A stretch of DNA of 64,000 nucleotides from Octopus vulgaris (lineage: Eukaryota): positions 114,886,001 to 114,950,000 of the forward strand of contig OX597820.1 of NCBI GenBank assembly GCA_951406725.2, written 5' to 3'. Positions within the stretch are counted from its first letter, which is position 1. Every line of letters starts with the position of its first letter. The notes under the pieces were generated by a model. That model was not told the DNA's origin, ran no database searches, and saw nothing but the letters and a program-made list of their open reading frames with translations. Shown one piece after another: positions 26,601-37,400 of the stretch. The translations under genes and the position numbers were made by a program.

Positions 26601-29600
26601 AGACCAATGGAGACCTGGGCAAAAGGGACGAAAGCTGATATGAAGATGATCATGGCCCTTGCAAAGTAATACAAGAAGTAGTGGGAGGTTGTATTGGAAA
26701 GGACCTGTCCAACCCAGGCAAGCATGCAAAAGTGGGCATTTAAATAAGGACAGGGACATACTCATGTATTTACAAACGAGGGAAAAGAATTACTCAACAT
26801 GAAGCAGCTCCTACATGTGTAAAGGTGTATTGCTTATTTAATCAGAATGTGAAAGTATTACTACTCATAAATTTCGCATACTGGACAAAATGCTTAGTGG
26901 GGTTTTTCATCCTTCTTTACAGCTTTAGTTCAATTTCTGCCAAGGTCAACTTTGCCTTTCATCCTTTCAAGGTTGATGAAATAAATACCAGTTGAGCATC
27001 GCAGTTGATGAAATCGATCAGCTTTTTCCTCAAAATGTCTGGCCTTGTGCCTATGGTAGAAAAGTTTATTACTTATGAATTTTGTCAAACTTAACAGATA
27101 AGGACATGGATGAAATGCAAGCTACATAGAACAGCTTTTCTCTACTTTCCACCTCACCAAGGTGGAGTGGGGCTTTTAGCATCATCCCCAACTCTTTCCC
27201 AACCTTGTAGACCTTAGCTTACCCCTAGTTCCTAAAACTTATGTCCATCACTAGATAAGCAAAATAATGTTCTACAGTTACATTTTGTTCTTTAAAATTT
27301 CTCATTAATACTGTGAAAAATGTTTGGCACTGTAGTAAATATATCTCCCCAACCTTCAAAAACTAAGGCCTTAAGCCTACATTAGAAGCATTTATTATAG
27401 CAAAGACACAGTGGAATTATAACATGTGGATGGATGAAAGCAAATGTCCCAAGGTGCTGTGGTGAATTTGAAATTGATCAAATAAACACCAGATGTGATT
27501 TTGAGTTGTTTTCATCAATTGTATTCTGTTACAAATGTTTAGGTTTGTATGAATGCGAAAACTAACATTTTAAAGATGAACTGACAGAAACAGTAAAATG
27601 CTGGACTAAATATCTTAAGTATTTCTAGCTCAAGATTAGGAGTCCAAAATCTGACCAATGTTGTATTTGCCTTTCATTTCTCTAAGGTCATTTAATTGGT
27701 TCCAGTATGTATGACTGCTGAGTCAATCAGTTATATATCCCCTCTCATGTTTTGAGTTCTATTTATTCTGTTAGTACTACCAAACCTATCCTCTCTGGTA
27801 AATTTGTGGTTCTGTACTAATGTAAGAAATTGTCTTAAATCATTATAAATTTCAGAAACATCAAGTGTTGAGCTGTGAGTTATTTCCTGTTGGTTGTCCC
27901 CAGTGTGGTCAGAAAGGTATCCGAAGAAAGGACATTGCTCAGCACGTTGACCAAGCATCTGGCCATTGTCCTCTTACACTTATTCTTTGTCACTATCAGC
28001 CATTTGGCTGCACACACATGGTATGTAAAGTCATTCATTATTTTGACTCTTTCTCTTGTACTCCCATTTAGTAACATCTCTTAACTCTGTTCTGCTCGTC
28101 CAGCTTGCCTGTCCATCATTCAGAACCTCTGAGATTAGCCACTAAATATTTACTCCAGCAACAAAATGTCTACATTTGTAGATCTATTCAACTTGTCTCA
28201 ATCATTGATAAAACTCTATAAAAGGAAATTAAAAACATCCCAGCATTAATGATGGTAAATCCTTTAGTTGCCACAAACAATGCTTCACTGAGAATTAAAA
28301 ACTGAAACTTGTCTGGAGTTATCACTATATGACTAAATACCTCTCAGTCATTCAATTAAAATTTTCAGGTTATTTTAATTTTTTTTTTTTAACTACTGAT
28401 ATAATTAAAATTTTTTACATCAAATATGTTAGTGCCAATTTTACTGTGGTCTCTGTTAATGTAATTTTCTAGGACTACCACAAATAATTTTTCCTGTTAG
28501 TATAACTTTCTAGGACTACCATAAATCATCATCATCATCGTTTAACATCCGCTTTCCATGCTAGCATGGGTTGGACGGTTTGACTGTGGGCTGGCGAACC
28601 AGATGGCTGCACCAGGCTCCAGTCTTGATCTGGCAGAGTTTCTACAGTTGGATGCTCTTCCTAACGCCAACCACTCCGAGAGTGTAGTGGGTGCTTTTAT
28701 GTGCCACCGGCATGGGGGCCAGTCAGGTGGGACTGGCAACGACCTCGCTTGATTTTTTTCTTTCTTTAAATTTTTTTTTTATATATTGTCAATATCATTT
28801 TCTAGGACTATCGTAAAAACATGTCTTACCACATATCACATGCTGTTGAGTATCATAATGTTCTGTTGATGAAATTTCTGCAAAATCTTGAGAAAAGACT
28901 TGAATCCATCGAACAAAACTTTGACTCCAATATCAATCTGTCGTCAAACATCACCAATAAGATCGAACAGATGCAACGGTAAAAAAAAAACCTTTCTGCC
29001 TCCCTTTTTTTTTTTTTTTTTCAGCCTCTAATAATGTGTGTGCTCAAAAAAGAGGTTGGGGAGAAAATTTAGCAAAAACAGGGTATTTAGAAATAAAAGC
29101 AAATTTTCAATTGAAGCAGGAATCTTAATACTCTAAAATTCTGTTTGCTTTAAATATTAAAATTGAATAAATTAGAATCAATATAAAATTTTTAATTTAG
29201 TTTTTGGTGGCCACTTTGCGAAAGAAACCTGAGAAGAGCTGTGAGGTTATCACGTGACCGACCAGACCATCAGATATTGCTACACATCGCTGGTCACAAT
29301 ACGTTTGCATTGTTTTAGCCTTCGAATGACACCACCCCGCTGGCTAAGCGAGCAGGCCAACAGAAGAAAGAGTGAGAGAAAGTTGTGGCGAAAGAGTACA
29401 GCAGGGATCGCCACCCCAACCCCCTGCCGGGGCCTCGTGGAGCTTTAGGTATTTTTGCTCAATAAACCCACACAACGCCCGGTCTGGGAATTGAAACCGT
29501 GAGTCTGCTGCCCTAACCACTGGGCCATTGTGCCTTCACGAGGTTGAGTTATGAATCACATAATCAATTTTTCCAATAAAAACTGTTGTGATTTTGATGT

Positions 29601-31462
29601 CTCTCATCCTTTCTACTTCAGCTTTGCCCACAGGAGACTGAGTTCTCCACATTACACACACTTTTAATCTTTTAGCATTTAAACAGGACATATCTGATCC
29701 AAATACTGTACCTGTTTTATGTTCAAACTGGCCATATCCAGCTTGTCATACCTACTCTACAATGTCATTCTAAAAATTAAGTTACCTCATCAAAACCTCA
29801 AAACTTCGAAATAATGCAAGATTAATTCAAAACATGTGAATAAATAATTACATTTGACCGAATAATGTGAACACTAAAGGGTTAAAGCACTTGTTGATTA
29901 TAGTTTTTCCTGCCACCTACAGTATTAATCTGCAACCTGAAACCAATTGAATATCCTGTCTGTGGTCACATGGTAAAAGTCAAAAGCAATGGGTCAAACC
30001 CCACAAATCAGCTTTGCATCAGAAGAATTATAGTATGGAGATTGTTTGAATCCCCACTCCAATTCCTTCTTAATTGAAAACCTTTTATAAATTCCCCTCA
30101 TCCTAAAGACACCAGTGAGTTTAACATGATAGGTTGAATGACAATATGGTAATTCCCTGCTAACTCTTTTACCATTGTTATGGATTCACCAGTTAAATTT
30201 AATAACAGAACTTGTCTTTGGATATTTCAACTTGTAAAAAAAAAAAAGTTTCCTGTTTTATATTTGGGTGCATGCATGGCTGTATGGTAAGAAATTTGCT
30301 TTCCAACCATATAGTTCTGGGTTCAGTCCCACTGCATGACACCTTGAACAAGTCTTTTACTATAGCCTCAGGCTGATCAAAGCTTTATGAGTGGATTTGG
30401 AAGATGGAAACCCATTGTGTGTGTGTAATCTGTCTCCCATCACCTCCTGACAACCAGTGTTGGTGTGTTTGTTTTTGTAACTTAGCAGTTTGGCAAAAGA
30501 GACTGATTGAATAAGTACCAGGCTTTAAAAAATATAAGTACTGGAGTCAATTTGTCCAACTGAAATTCTTCAAAGTGGTGCCCTTGCATAGCTGCAGTCA
30601 AATGACTGAAACAAGTAATTTAAAATTGAAAGATTAAAATGGTAAATATGTTGGTCCAATCAGGGAATCAATTGTTTCAATCAAAACTAGGCATTAAACC
30701 CATCACTACAGTCCCCCTGTCGTATCACTGAAACACAAATATCACTTTTGTGATGGGAGAGAGGAAATGATAACCTGAATATATTATATTTTACACAGCG
30801 ATCATGGTGGGAGTTGAATTGAGGAAAACACAAGTTATCTAATTCAGCATAATTATGTTGGTGCTGTATTGTTTGTCACCTGTCTTTCTATTTTTCTTTT
30901 TAATCCCAAATCTTTTCATTTCAGGGCCATTAGTATGAGAGATGCTGTTCAAAACATCTTCAAAGAGAAATATTCTGGCTGTCTTTTATGGCAAATAGAC
31001 CTAAACTCAAACGGGTGTGTTTTCATCAGTCCATCATTCTACACAGCAAACCCTGGATACAGAATAGAGGCACAGCTGGATATTTCTGGTTATCAAGATT
31101 CCATTCTGTATATCACTTTCTCCCTGTCCTTAAAGGAGGGTATGTACGATGATGTATTAGTGTTCCCGTTCTCCGGAGCGTGTCTTGTCACTGTTTTTGA
31201 CCAGATGGCCTCCAACGGCAAAGAAAATTACAGTCTGTTCATTGAATGTTCACAATTGCAACGATACAATGAGAACTGTCCTGGTTCCTCCCCATTCCAA
31301 GTCTGCCATAAATTAATGAAGGCTGATGACTTCTTCAGTCCACGTTACATAAAGAATAAAACTGTCTTTTTAGAAGTGAAGGTTATGCAAGCTGTTCAAT
31401 CACAAAGTCAAGGGAAATATAGTCTCACGAATCAAAGGAGTCACTCCTACTTGGGGCAATAA
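18772..31462 (+). CDS. TRAF6: TNF receptor-associated factor, TRAF6-like (RING + 5 TRAF zinc fingers + coiled coil + MATH); join(18772..18926,20281..20338,21065..21169,22523..22681,27856..28020,28806..28978,30925..31462), ~450 aa
   Basis: Seven exons with AG/GT boundaries and matching phases (2,0,0,0,0,2) give one stop-free frame: CPICL..KCGHRFCKKC..CPVD RING, five zinc fingers, then MATH with ISPSFYT/PGY/EGMYDDVLVFPFSG. TRAF family is secure; strict TRAF6 orthology versus a paralog is not. Confidence 0.88.
20281..20338 (+). CDS. TRAF6: TRAF6-like coding exon 2 (GRDRVKCPVDNNFFWVQSD)
   Basis: tttacag acceptor, GAT|gtaagt donor; completes the RING with TRAF-type CPVD. Confidence 0.92.
20593..20662. 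repeat. (GT)n microsatellite in TRAF intron
   Basis: Uninterrupted GT dinucleotide run of about 70 bp. Confidence 0.95.
21065..21169 (+). CDS. TRAF6: TRAF6-like coding exon 3 (LFIDQAFERELNSLLLSCPNQRNGCLWNGEKDAFK)
   Basis: taacag acceptor, AAG|gtgcgt donor; resembles the TRAF6 LFPDNFAKREI..CPN..GC segment. Confidence 0.92.
22523..22681 (+). CDS. TRAF6: TRAF6-like coding exon 4 (SHVTNC..CELC..HKSTDC..CELC..NKL)
   Basis: ctaatag acceptor, TTG|gtaaga donor, 53 codons of zinc-finger repeats. Confidence 0.92.
23690..24327 (+). mobile_element. Tc1-like transposase 3' fossil
   Basis: NGTDYLDIL..SFQDDNVP and EWSLQSPDLNIIE motifs; right end ..TTTCCAACCCCTG-TA. Confidence 0.85.
24328..25330 (-). mobile_element. 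Mariner (Mos1/Hsmar-type) fossil with internal deletion
   Basis: MEVTKEHIRHILLYEFNKG..AVYG..QRWF HTH and GLVHFELL..FHQDNGWSHTA; TIR-like TTGGGTCAACCCATAA end at ~24330. Confidence 0.88.
25808..26580 (-). mobile_element. RTE-clade LINE 3' fragment
   Basis: LEVVNFCC.GDQIS..G..V.AKIRI RT C-terminus, then the family 3'UTR and (GAT)n tail. Confidence 0.8.
27856..28020 (+). CDS. TRAF6: TRAF6-like coding exon 5 (KHQVLSC..CPQC..HVDQASGHC..CHYQPFGCTHM)
   Basis: tttcag acceptor, ATG|gtatgt donor; overlaps ORF 27865..28071. Confidence 0.92.
28526..28752 (-). mobile_element. 5'-truncated RTE 3'UTR/tail repeat (representative)
   Basis: CATCATCATCGTTTAAC..GCATGGGTTGGACGG..GGATGC.CTTCCTAACGCCAACCAC motif. 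Other copies: 19237, 33614, 36636, 39231, 43350, 44787, 45396, 60085 (minus); 48035, 59370, 61335 (plus). Confidence 0.85.
28806..28978 (+). CDS. TRAF6: TRAF6-like coding exon 6 (last zinc-finger histidines + coiled coil)
   Basis: ttttctag acceptor; DYRKNMSYHISHAVEYHNVLLMKFLQNLEKRLESIEQ..; CG|gtaaaa donor, phase 2. Confidence 0.88.
29249..29539 (-). mobile_element. tRNA-derived SINE (OR-like head, second tail type)
   Basis: Same head/core as 11664-12050 with an unrelated 3' part; short GAGGTT flanking duplication. Confidence 0.82.
29668..29881. mobile_element. piggyBac-type MITE
   Basis: TTAA-flanked; ..TTTAGCATTTAAAC left end, CACTAAAGGG right end; same family as 34338-34549. Confidence 0.78.
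30925..31462 (+). CDS. TRAF6: TRAF6-like terminal coding exon (MATH/TRAF-C domain)
   Basis: tttcag acceptor; in frame with ORF 30869..31462; YSGCLLWQI, FISPSFYTANPGY, EGMYDDVLVFPFSG, YIKNKTVFLEVKV; TAA stop. Confidence 0.93.
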
Positions 31463-32269
31463 GGGGTCAAGATGTCAGCCGAAGGCTTAAAGGTCTATAT
31501 CCTGTTTCACACAAAACAGTTTTCATGGTTCTCGTTGGTTTGCATCACCTAGCACTGAATTAGAACCATAGGTATGTAGAGATCATTATTATAAGCAGTG
31601 TAATCCTTGAATAATTATTTTGTTAATTAATAATGTTGAGTTCATCCTCCAAAAGACTTTGGGAATGCAACAGAAGAAACGACTTCAAGGAATTCTTTAT
31701 TGTATATGTTTCACTCACAGAAAGAATTGTCAACAACTTAATGGTTCATTTCTTTACAAAAGAAAAGCAACATCTTAATTTATCTACTCTTGGCAGGATT
31801 TGAATTTTTATCCATTAAAAAACAAAAATCCACTGTAACTATGTAGTATCATAATGAACTAAGCCATTTCAAAGCTAAGTGTAGATGTAGTTCCTTGTTT
31901 CCAAACTGACAAGAATTTTTGCTTTCTAATTTTTAATTTTTTCTTGTATATTATTTATTGTAATTATTTTTCATTGAATCAATGTATGAGAATTTTTAAA
32001 CAATCTCTTTCACTTATCACCAACAATTTTTATTTTCTCATTAATTTATGCTTTTATCAACCTCACTTTATACCTCAACTTAAAAATGTTGAATGGTTAG
32101 TTTTAAATTTTTGTAAAAGAAGCCGCAATGTTATAAAGTACAGAAACAGAATAAAATGATATACTACCACCTTTACCCAAAATTTGTGAATTAATTGCTT
32201 GTGATCGTAGCTCTCTTGTGTGTGTGTGTGGGAGGGGGGTAAGAGAGATGGCAGGAGCTATAAGATGTC

Positions 32270-32706
32270 ATACTCCGGCGTCTGGCGATGGACTTGGTAA
32301 ACACCCACAAAGTTATCAACCACTTCACTAACAACACTGAACACCTTTTTGATCTCCATGTGTCCAACACAAGTGGACATGCCTACAAAGTCAGAAAACA
32401 GCACAGCTCCCATGACTTTCGGAAACATTTTTTCACACTTAGAGTTGCTGAAGCATGGAATAAACTGCCTGCATCAGTTGTTGACTGCCATGACACTGCA
32501 TCCTTTAAGGCCCTCATGCTTTCCGAAATCCACCAAAACTACACCTGATCGACCCCCTTCCATACTCATACACATATGTGTATGTCATGACTCGTGCACT
32601 GTTCTTTTCCTGACACTTGTACATTACCCTATGTACCATACATACACTTTAGATGAGTTGTAGTGCACCTGAGCACTGTACACAATGTTTTATTATTATT
32701 ATTATT
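32270..32706 (+). mobile_element. CR1-clade LINE 3' end
   Basis: ORF 32288..32548 TSGHAYKV..FRKHFFTLRVAEAWNKLPASVV is a CR1 ORF2 C-terminus; ends in (ATT)n. Confidence 0.88.
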
Positions 32707-32917
32707 TTTATACACAGTTGTTTATAACAAAAACAGTTGTAAGCTAATGAAGTTAATTAACTTCTGTTCTTTTGTCATTCGTTCATTTAGTTATATTCAG
32801 TACAGACTTTCTGGTTTATATGAATCTTGAGTAGCAGAAGTTTAACCAATTCACCCCTCCTTCTTACTGGACCTTATACTGCGAAGAACTTAGTTCTTAG
32901 AGTTGGTTATAAGTACC

Positions 32918-33127
32918 TATTTCTTTACTACCCACAAGGGGCTAAACACAGAGAGGACAAACAAGGACAGACACACGGATTAAGTCAATTATATTGACCC
33001 CAGTGCGCAACTGGTACTTAATTTATCGACCCCTGAAAGGATGAAGGCAAAGTCGACCTTGGCGGAATTTGAACTCAGAACGTAGCGGCAGATGCAATAC
33101 AGCTACATATTTCGCCCGGTGTGCTAA
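32918..33127 (-). mobile_element. tRNA-derived SINE with Meta-domain-like core (head truncated)
   Basis: GTCGACTTTGCCTT.CATCCTTTC.GGGGTCGATAAATTAAGTACCAG core; fuller copies at 35283-35493, 47162-47391, 55074-55306. Confidence 0.8.
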
Positions 33128-33149
33128 GTGGAACTACAACACCAAACAC

Positions 33150-33590
33150 ACGCAGAGTATTACAGATCCATTCCAGCTGATTTTTTTTAACTAATCAGTT
33201 TGCAGGTATTGCCACTTATTGGGTGAATGTATGCTGGAGAGATGGGGGGGGGATGGGCTGGATTGTCAATCTTAAAATCATACAATGTATACAGGTGTAT
33301 ATGAGTAGCAAAACTTGAACCGTCACGGTGATGATGGGAAGACTAGGGGTGGAAGCTCTAAAATTTATGTTCTTGGTGCGGTCAGCCAGTATCCAAGCAC
33401 ACATTTCCTTTCATGTGGACAGGATCAAAAGTTTGCTTTTACAGTTCAGGTAGGTGTCCTGGTGAAAATGGTTCTTTAGTACAATTCTTTTCTCCATCAA
33501 GCATAGCCTGCATCTCCAACTGCTATCGTGGTAAGGCTTGCACTTCTCCAGTTGGTGCTGTAATTCATGGCACTTTCTTTCAATAACTAT
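33150..33590 (-). mobile_element. Penelope-like element 3' fragment (GIY-YIG C-terminus)
   Basis: LEKCKPY..SWRCRLCLMEKRIVL..YLNCKSKLL resembles the CxLCxxEK..LN.RSE tail of PLE endonucleases. Confidence 0.7.
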
Positions 33591-34337
33591 ATATATATAT
33601 ATATATAAATAAATCATCATCGTTTAATGTCCGCTTTCCATGCTAGCATGGGTTGGACGATTTTGACTGAGGGCTGGCGAACCAGATGGCTGCACCAGGC
33701 TCCAATCTTGATCTGACAGAGTTTCTATACCTGGATGCCCTTCCTAACACCAACCAGACCGAGAGTGTAGCTTTTTATGTGCCACCAGCACAGGGGCCAG
33801 TCAGGCGGTACTGGCAAGGACCTCGCTCGAATCTTTTAACACCTGCCACCAGCACTGGTGCCAGTGATGCGATGTTGGTAACGATCACGCTCGAATGGTG
33901 CCCTTTTATGTGCCACGGGTACGGAAGCCAGTTGGCGGCTCTGGCAACGACTACGCTTGGATGGTGCTCTTGGCACCCTACTAGCACAGGCACAAGTGCC
34001 AGTAAGGTGTCGTATGGTGCCCTTTTATGTGTCACTGGCACGGAAACAGGTTAAATATACACACACACCTAGCTAGGGCTATGACATTTCACCTCTCCTG
34101 ATATTAAAGGAGGACTTATTAAATCATTGTCTTGCCTACATATTTCTGCATGTTCATTTGCCTGCTGGGATCTTTTGACATCTCCCTTACATATGTCTCA
34201 TGTTGCATTGGCTGTTAAGTGGACATACAGTGTTGCATCTGCATGAAATCCTGCCTATGTCTCAGGTATAGTCTTACCGACTTAAATTTTCTTTGTATTC
34301 AGTGCACCACTAAAAACTCTAAAGGTGTGTCTATTAA

Positions 34338-34549
34338 CCCTTTAGCATTTAAACCGGCCAAACGTATTCTGCCTATTTTATGCTCAAACTGGCCAGATCT
34401 GGTCTCTCACACCAACCCTACAATATCGTTTTAAAAATTAACAGCTACCTAATCAAAATCTCATAGCACCAAGATAATGCCCGATTAGTTTAAGGCAATG
34501 TGGATAAAAAAAGGATTAATTTAGGCAGAATAATGTGAACACTATAGGG
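34338..34549. mobile_element. piggyBac-type MITE
   Basis: TTAA|CCCTTTAGCATT ... CACTATAGGG|TTAA. Confidence 0.82.
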
Positions 34550-35282
34550 TTAAATGTTTTTCTGAATTTGTTGGTTTGGGAAAAGTGTTTATCAACGAAG
34601 CTAAGAAAGATCTTACCTACACAAGTTTTTACACTTAGTGAGAAGTAGGGTATGAATCAAAACTTTCTGGTGGCATTTTCTCTTGGTGGTGTTAGAACAT
34701 TATCTTCAATTTTTTCAGCTCTTGCATTATTTTTTTTTATTTTACTTTAGCATTGAAATTTCCAATGATTTTTGAGTCTAGGTATAAATTTGGTAAATGG
34801 TTACCATTCCATCAATCATATTGAGATGTTCATAATTCTGAGAAACAAATGTAGAATGTTATGCAGTTTGTATATTCTTTCTCTACTCTCAATACCATTC
34901 CTTGTCTTTTAGTGTTTTAATGAAATTTATTCTACAGGAATGGATAATAATGTAGAATAAGTTCACTTTCTTCTTTAAATATAGTTCCAAATAGATGAGA
35001 CCAGATGTAGAGATGTCTCCTTGTCACATGATCTGAAACAGGTTAGGTACAAAGCCCCTATTTTCCCTAGTTGCAATCTACACCTTGAATGTGTACCCTA
35101 ACATCTGAAAAAATGCAGTAGTCTGTATTAGAGATACTAAGAGTCAATGCAGAAACACTTCTTAAAACAAGTTCTTCACCATTATGCATACACATTTATG
35201 TATTCATATACACATCACGAACAACGTAATGAGACACTGAAATAATTTCGTCATGGTAATAAGGCCACTGAATAACTATATA

Positions 35283-35493
35283 TATTTCTTTACTACCCAC
35301 AAGGGGCTAAACAAGGACAGACAAAGGGATTAAGTCGATTACATCGACCCCAGTGCGTAACTGGTACTTAATTTATCAACCCCAAAAGGATGAAAGGCAA
35401 AGTCGACCTAGGCGGAATTTGAACCCAGAACATAACGGCAGACGAAATACGGCTACGCATTTCGCCCGGCATGTTAACGGTTTTGCCAGCTCA
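35283..35493 (-). mobile_element. tRNA-derived Meta-domain-like SINE with long TSD
   Basis: Flanking direct repeat CCACTGAATAACTATAT at 35265-35281 and 35494-35510. Confidence 0.85.
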
Positions 35494-35883
35494 CCACTGA
35501 ATAACTATATCAAGCATCGGTATTCTGCTGGGACTTCTCAAACCCCAGACTGTCTGCTAGACAGAGGAGAGGAAGACTTCTCAGATATGTGAACAGTGAA
35601 AGGTTGAATATTTGACAGAAGCAAGTGGACAGGGCCAATGAAACTCCAGAGAGAACTGAGCAGCAGCAGCAGCTAACATAAATTTTACTGTTTTGGAAGG
35701 TTCAAGTTAATTCCAAACAAGATGAAATTGCTATCAGGACCCATCTGCTGCCACACAGATGCTCTTCTGAAGAGGATGATGTGTTCAACCACTTCACAGT
35801 ATACAACGTCCTAGTCCCCAGCATTCTTTTTATCAGTTTTACTGTTTCTGAAATACTTTCTTGTATTGTCTACAACTAAATAT

Positions 35884-36272
35884 TACTCTTTTACTTGTTT
35901 CAGTCATTTAACTGCGGCCATGCTGGAGCACCGCCTTTAGTCGAGCAAATCGACCCCAGGACTTATTCTTTGTAAGCCCAGTACTTATTCTATCGGTCTC
36001 TTTTTGCTGAACCGCTAAATGACGGGGACGTAAACACACCAGCATCAGTTGTCAAGCAATGCTAGGGGGACAGACACACACACATACATACATATATATA
36101 TACATATATACGACAGGCTTCTTTCAGTTTCCGTCTACCAAATCCACTCACAGGGCATTGGTCGGCCCGGGGCTATAGCAGAAGACACTTGCCCAAGATG
36201 CCACACTGGGACTGAACCCGGAACCATGTGGTTGGTTAGCAAGCTACTTACCACACAGCCACTCCTGCACCT
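35884..36272 (-). mobile_element. tRNA-derived SINE (OK-like), full length
   Basis: Reverse complement of the 2843-3243 family. Confidence 0.85.
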
Positions 36273-37400
36273 ATTACTGATATTTGTGATCTGTTAGGGA
36301 AAACCTGCACCTCTCATGAGACACTTGTTTCTTTTTCTGGCAGAGCTACAAGATCTCTCTCTCTCTCTCTTTTTTTTTTCTCTCAACATCTGCAGCTTCA
36401 GAGGTCAATCTTTTCTTATAATCTCTGTAATGTCCATGGCCATAGTCATTCTTAGCTTTCTCAAAACCAAATCAAGGATCAGTTTCTGTCATGGTTAGGC
36501 TTCCCATGTCATGCTCTCTGCCAATATCAGCTGACAATTTCTTGTCTTTGACTATCCAGTCTTTTCATGTTTGCCTACTCATAAGGTTGATTGTAACGAC
36601 TCCACAAGTAACTTTAGGTTTAACATCCCTGGTCTCATCATCACCATCATCATCGTTTAACGTCCGTTCTCCATGCTAGCATGGTTTGGACAGTTCGACC
36701 GGGGATCTGGGAAGCCAGAAGGCTGCACCAGGCTCCAGTCTGATCTGGCAATGTTTCTACAGCTGGATGCCCTTCCTAATGCCAACCACTCCGTGAGTGT
36801 AGTGGGTGCTTTTTACATGCCACCTGCACAGGTGCCAGGCGAGGCTGGCAACGGCCATGATCGGATTGGTGCATTTTACGTGCCACCGGCACGGAAGCCA
36901 ATCAAGGCGGTGCTGGCATCGGCCACAATTCGGATGGTCTTAATATTTAAGGGTGGAAAATGTGTTGTTAGGCAACAGATGTAGTCAGCCTCTTTATCTG
37001 ATCTAGCTTACTGTTTGATTTTCAATTTGTGAAATGTGCTGCGGGGAAGTGTAAAGATCAAAGTAATTCAAAAATTCTAAGAGTTTTCCCAGTTTTTGGA
37101 CGCCAGAGGTAGGTACAAATTATCTAATAGACATTTATAAGTAGTTAAGAGGGTCACCAAGTAACAGAGAGGGCAGAAACCTGTATTTAGCTATGTACTA
37201 ATTATGTTTGATGATGTACTGTTATATCTTGAGCTACAATTTAATTTGCATTCAATGCAACAACAAATTCATTAGTTTCATAACTTCTGTTGTGTGTTTA
37301 AAGAAACAATATGTAACAAAACCTTATGAAAAAACAGCATTTGTTTCCAAATTTTCTTATCAATTTATGCTGTGAATATAAAATACATTTTTTTGAAAAT

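Noticed and set aside
36673-36984. Recurrent MLAW.G.FD..LQLDALPNANH ORFs (also 28558, 39254, 43470, 48033, 59525, 61263) resembling a gene family
   Set aside because: They are antisense translations of the multi-copy RTE 3'UTR repeat, with inconsistent frames and ends.
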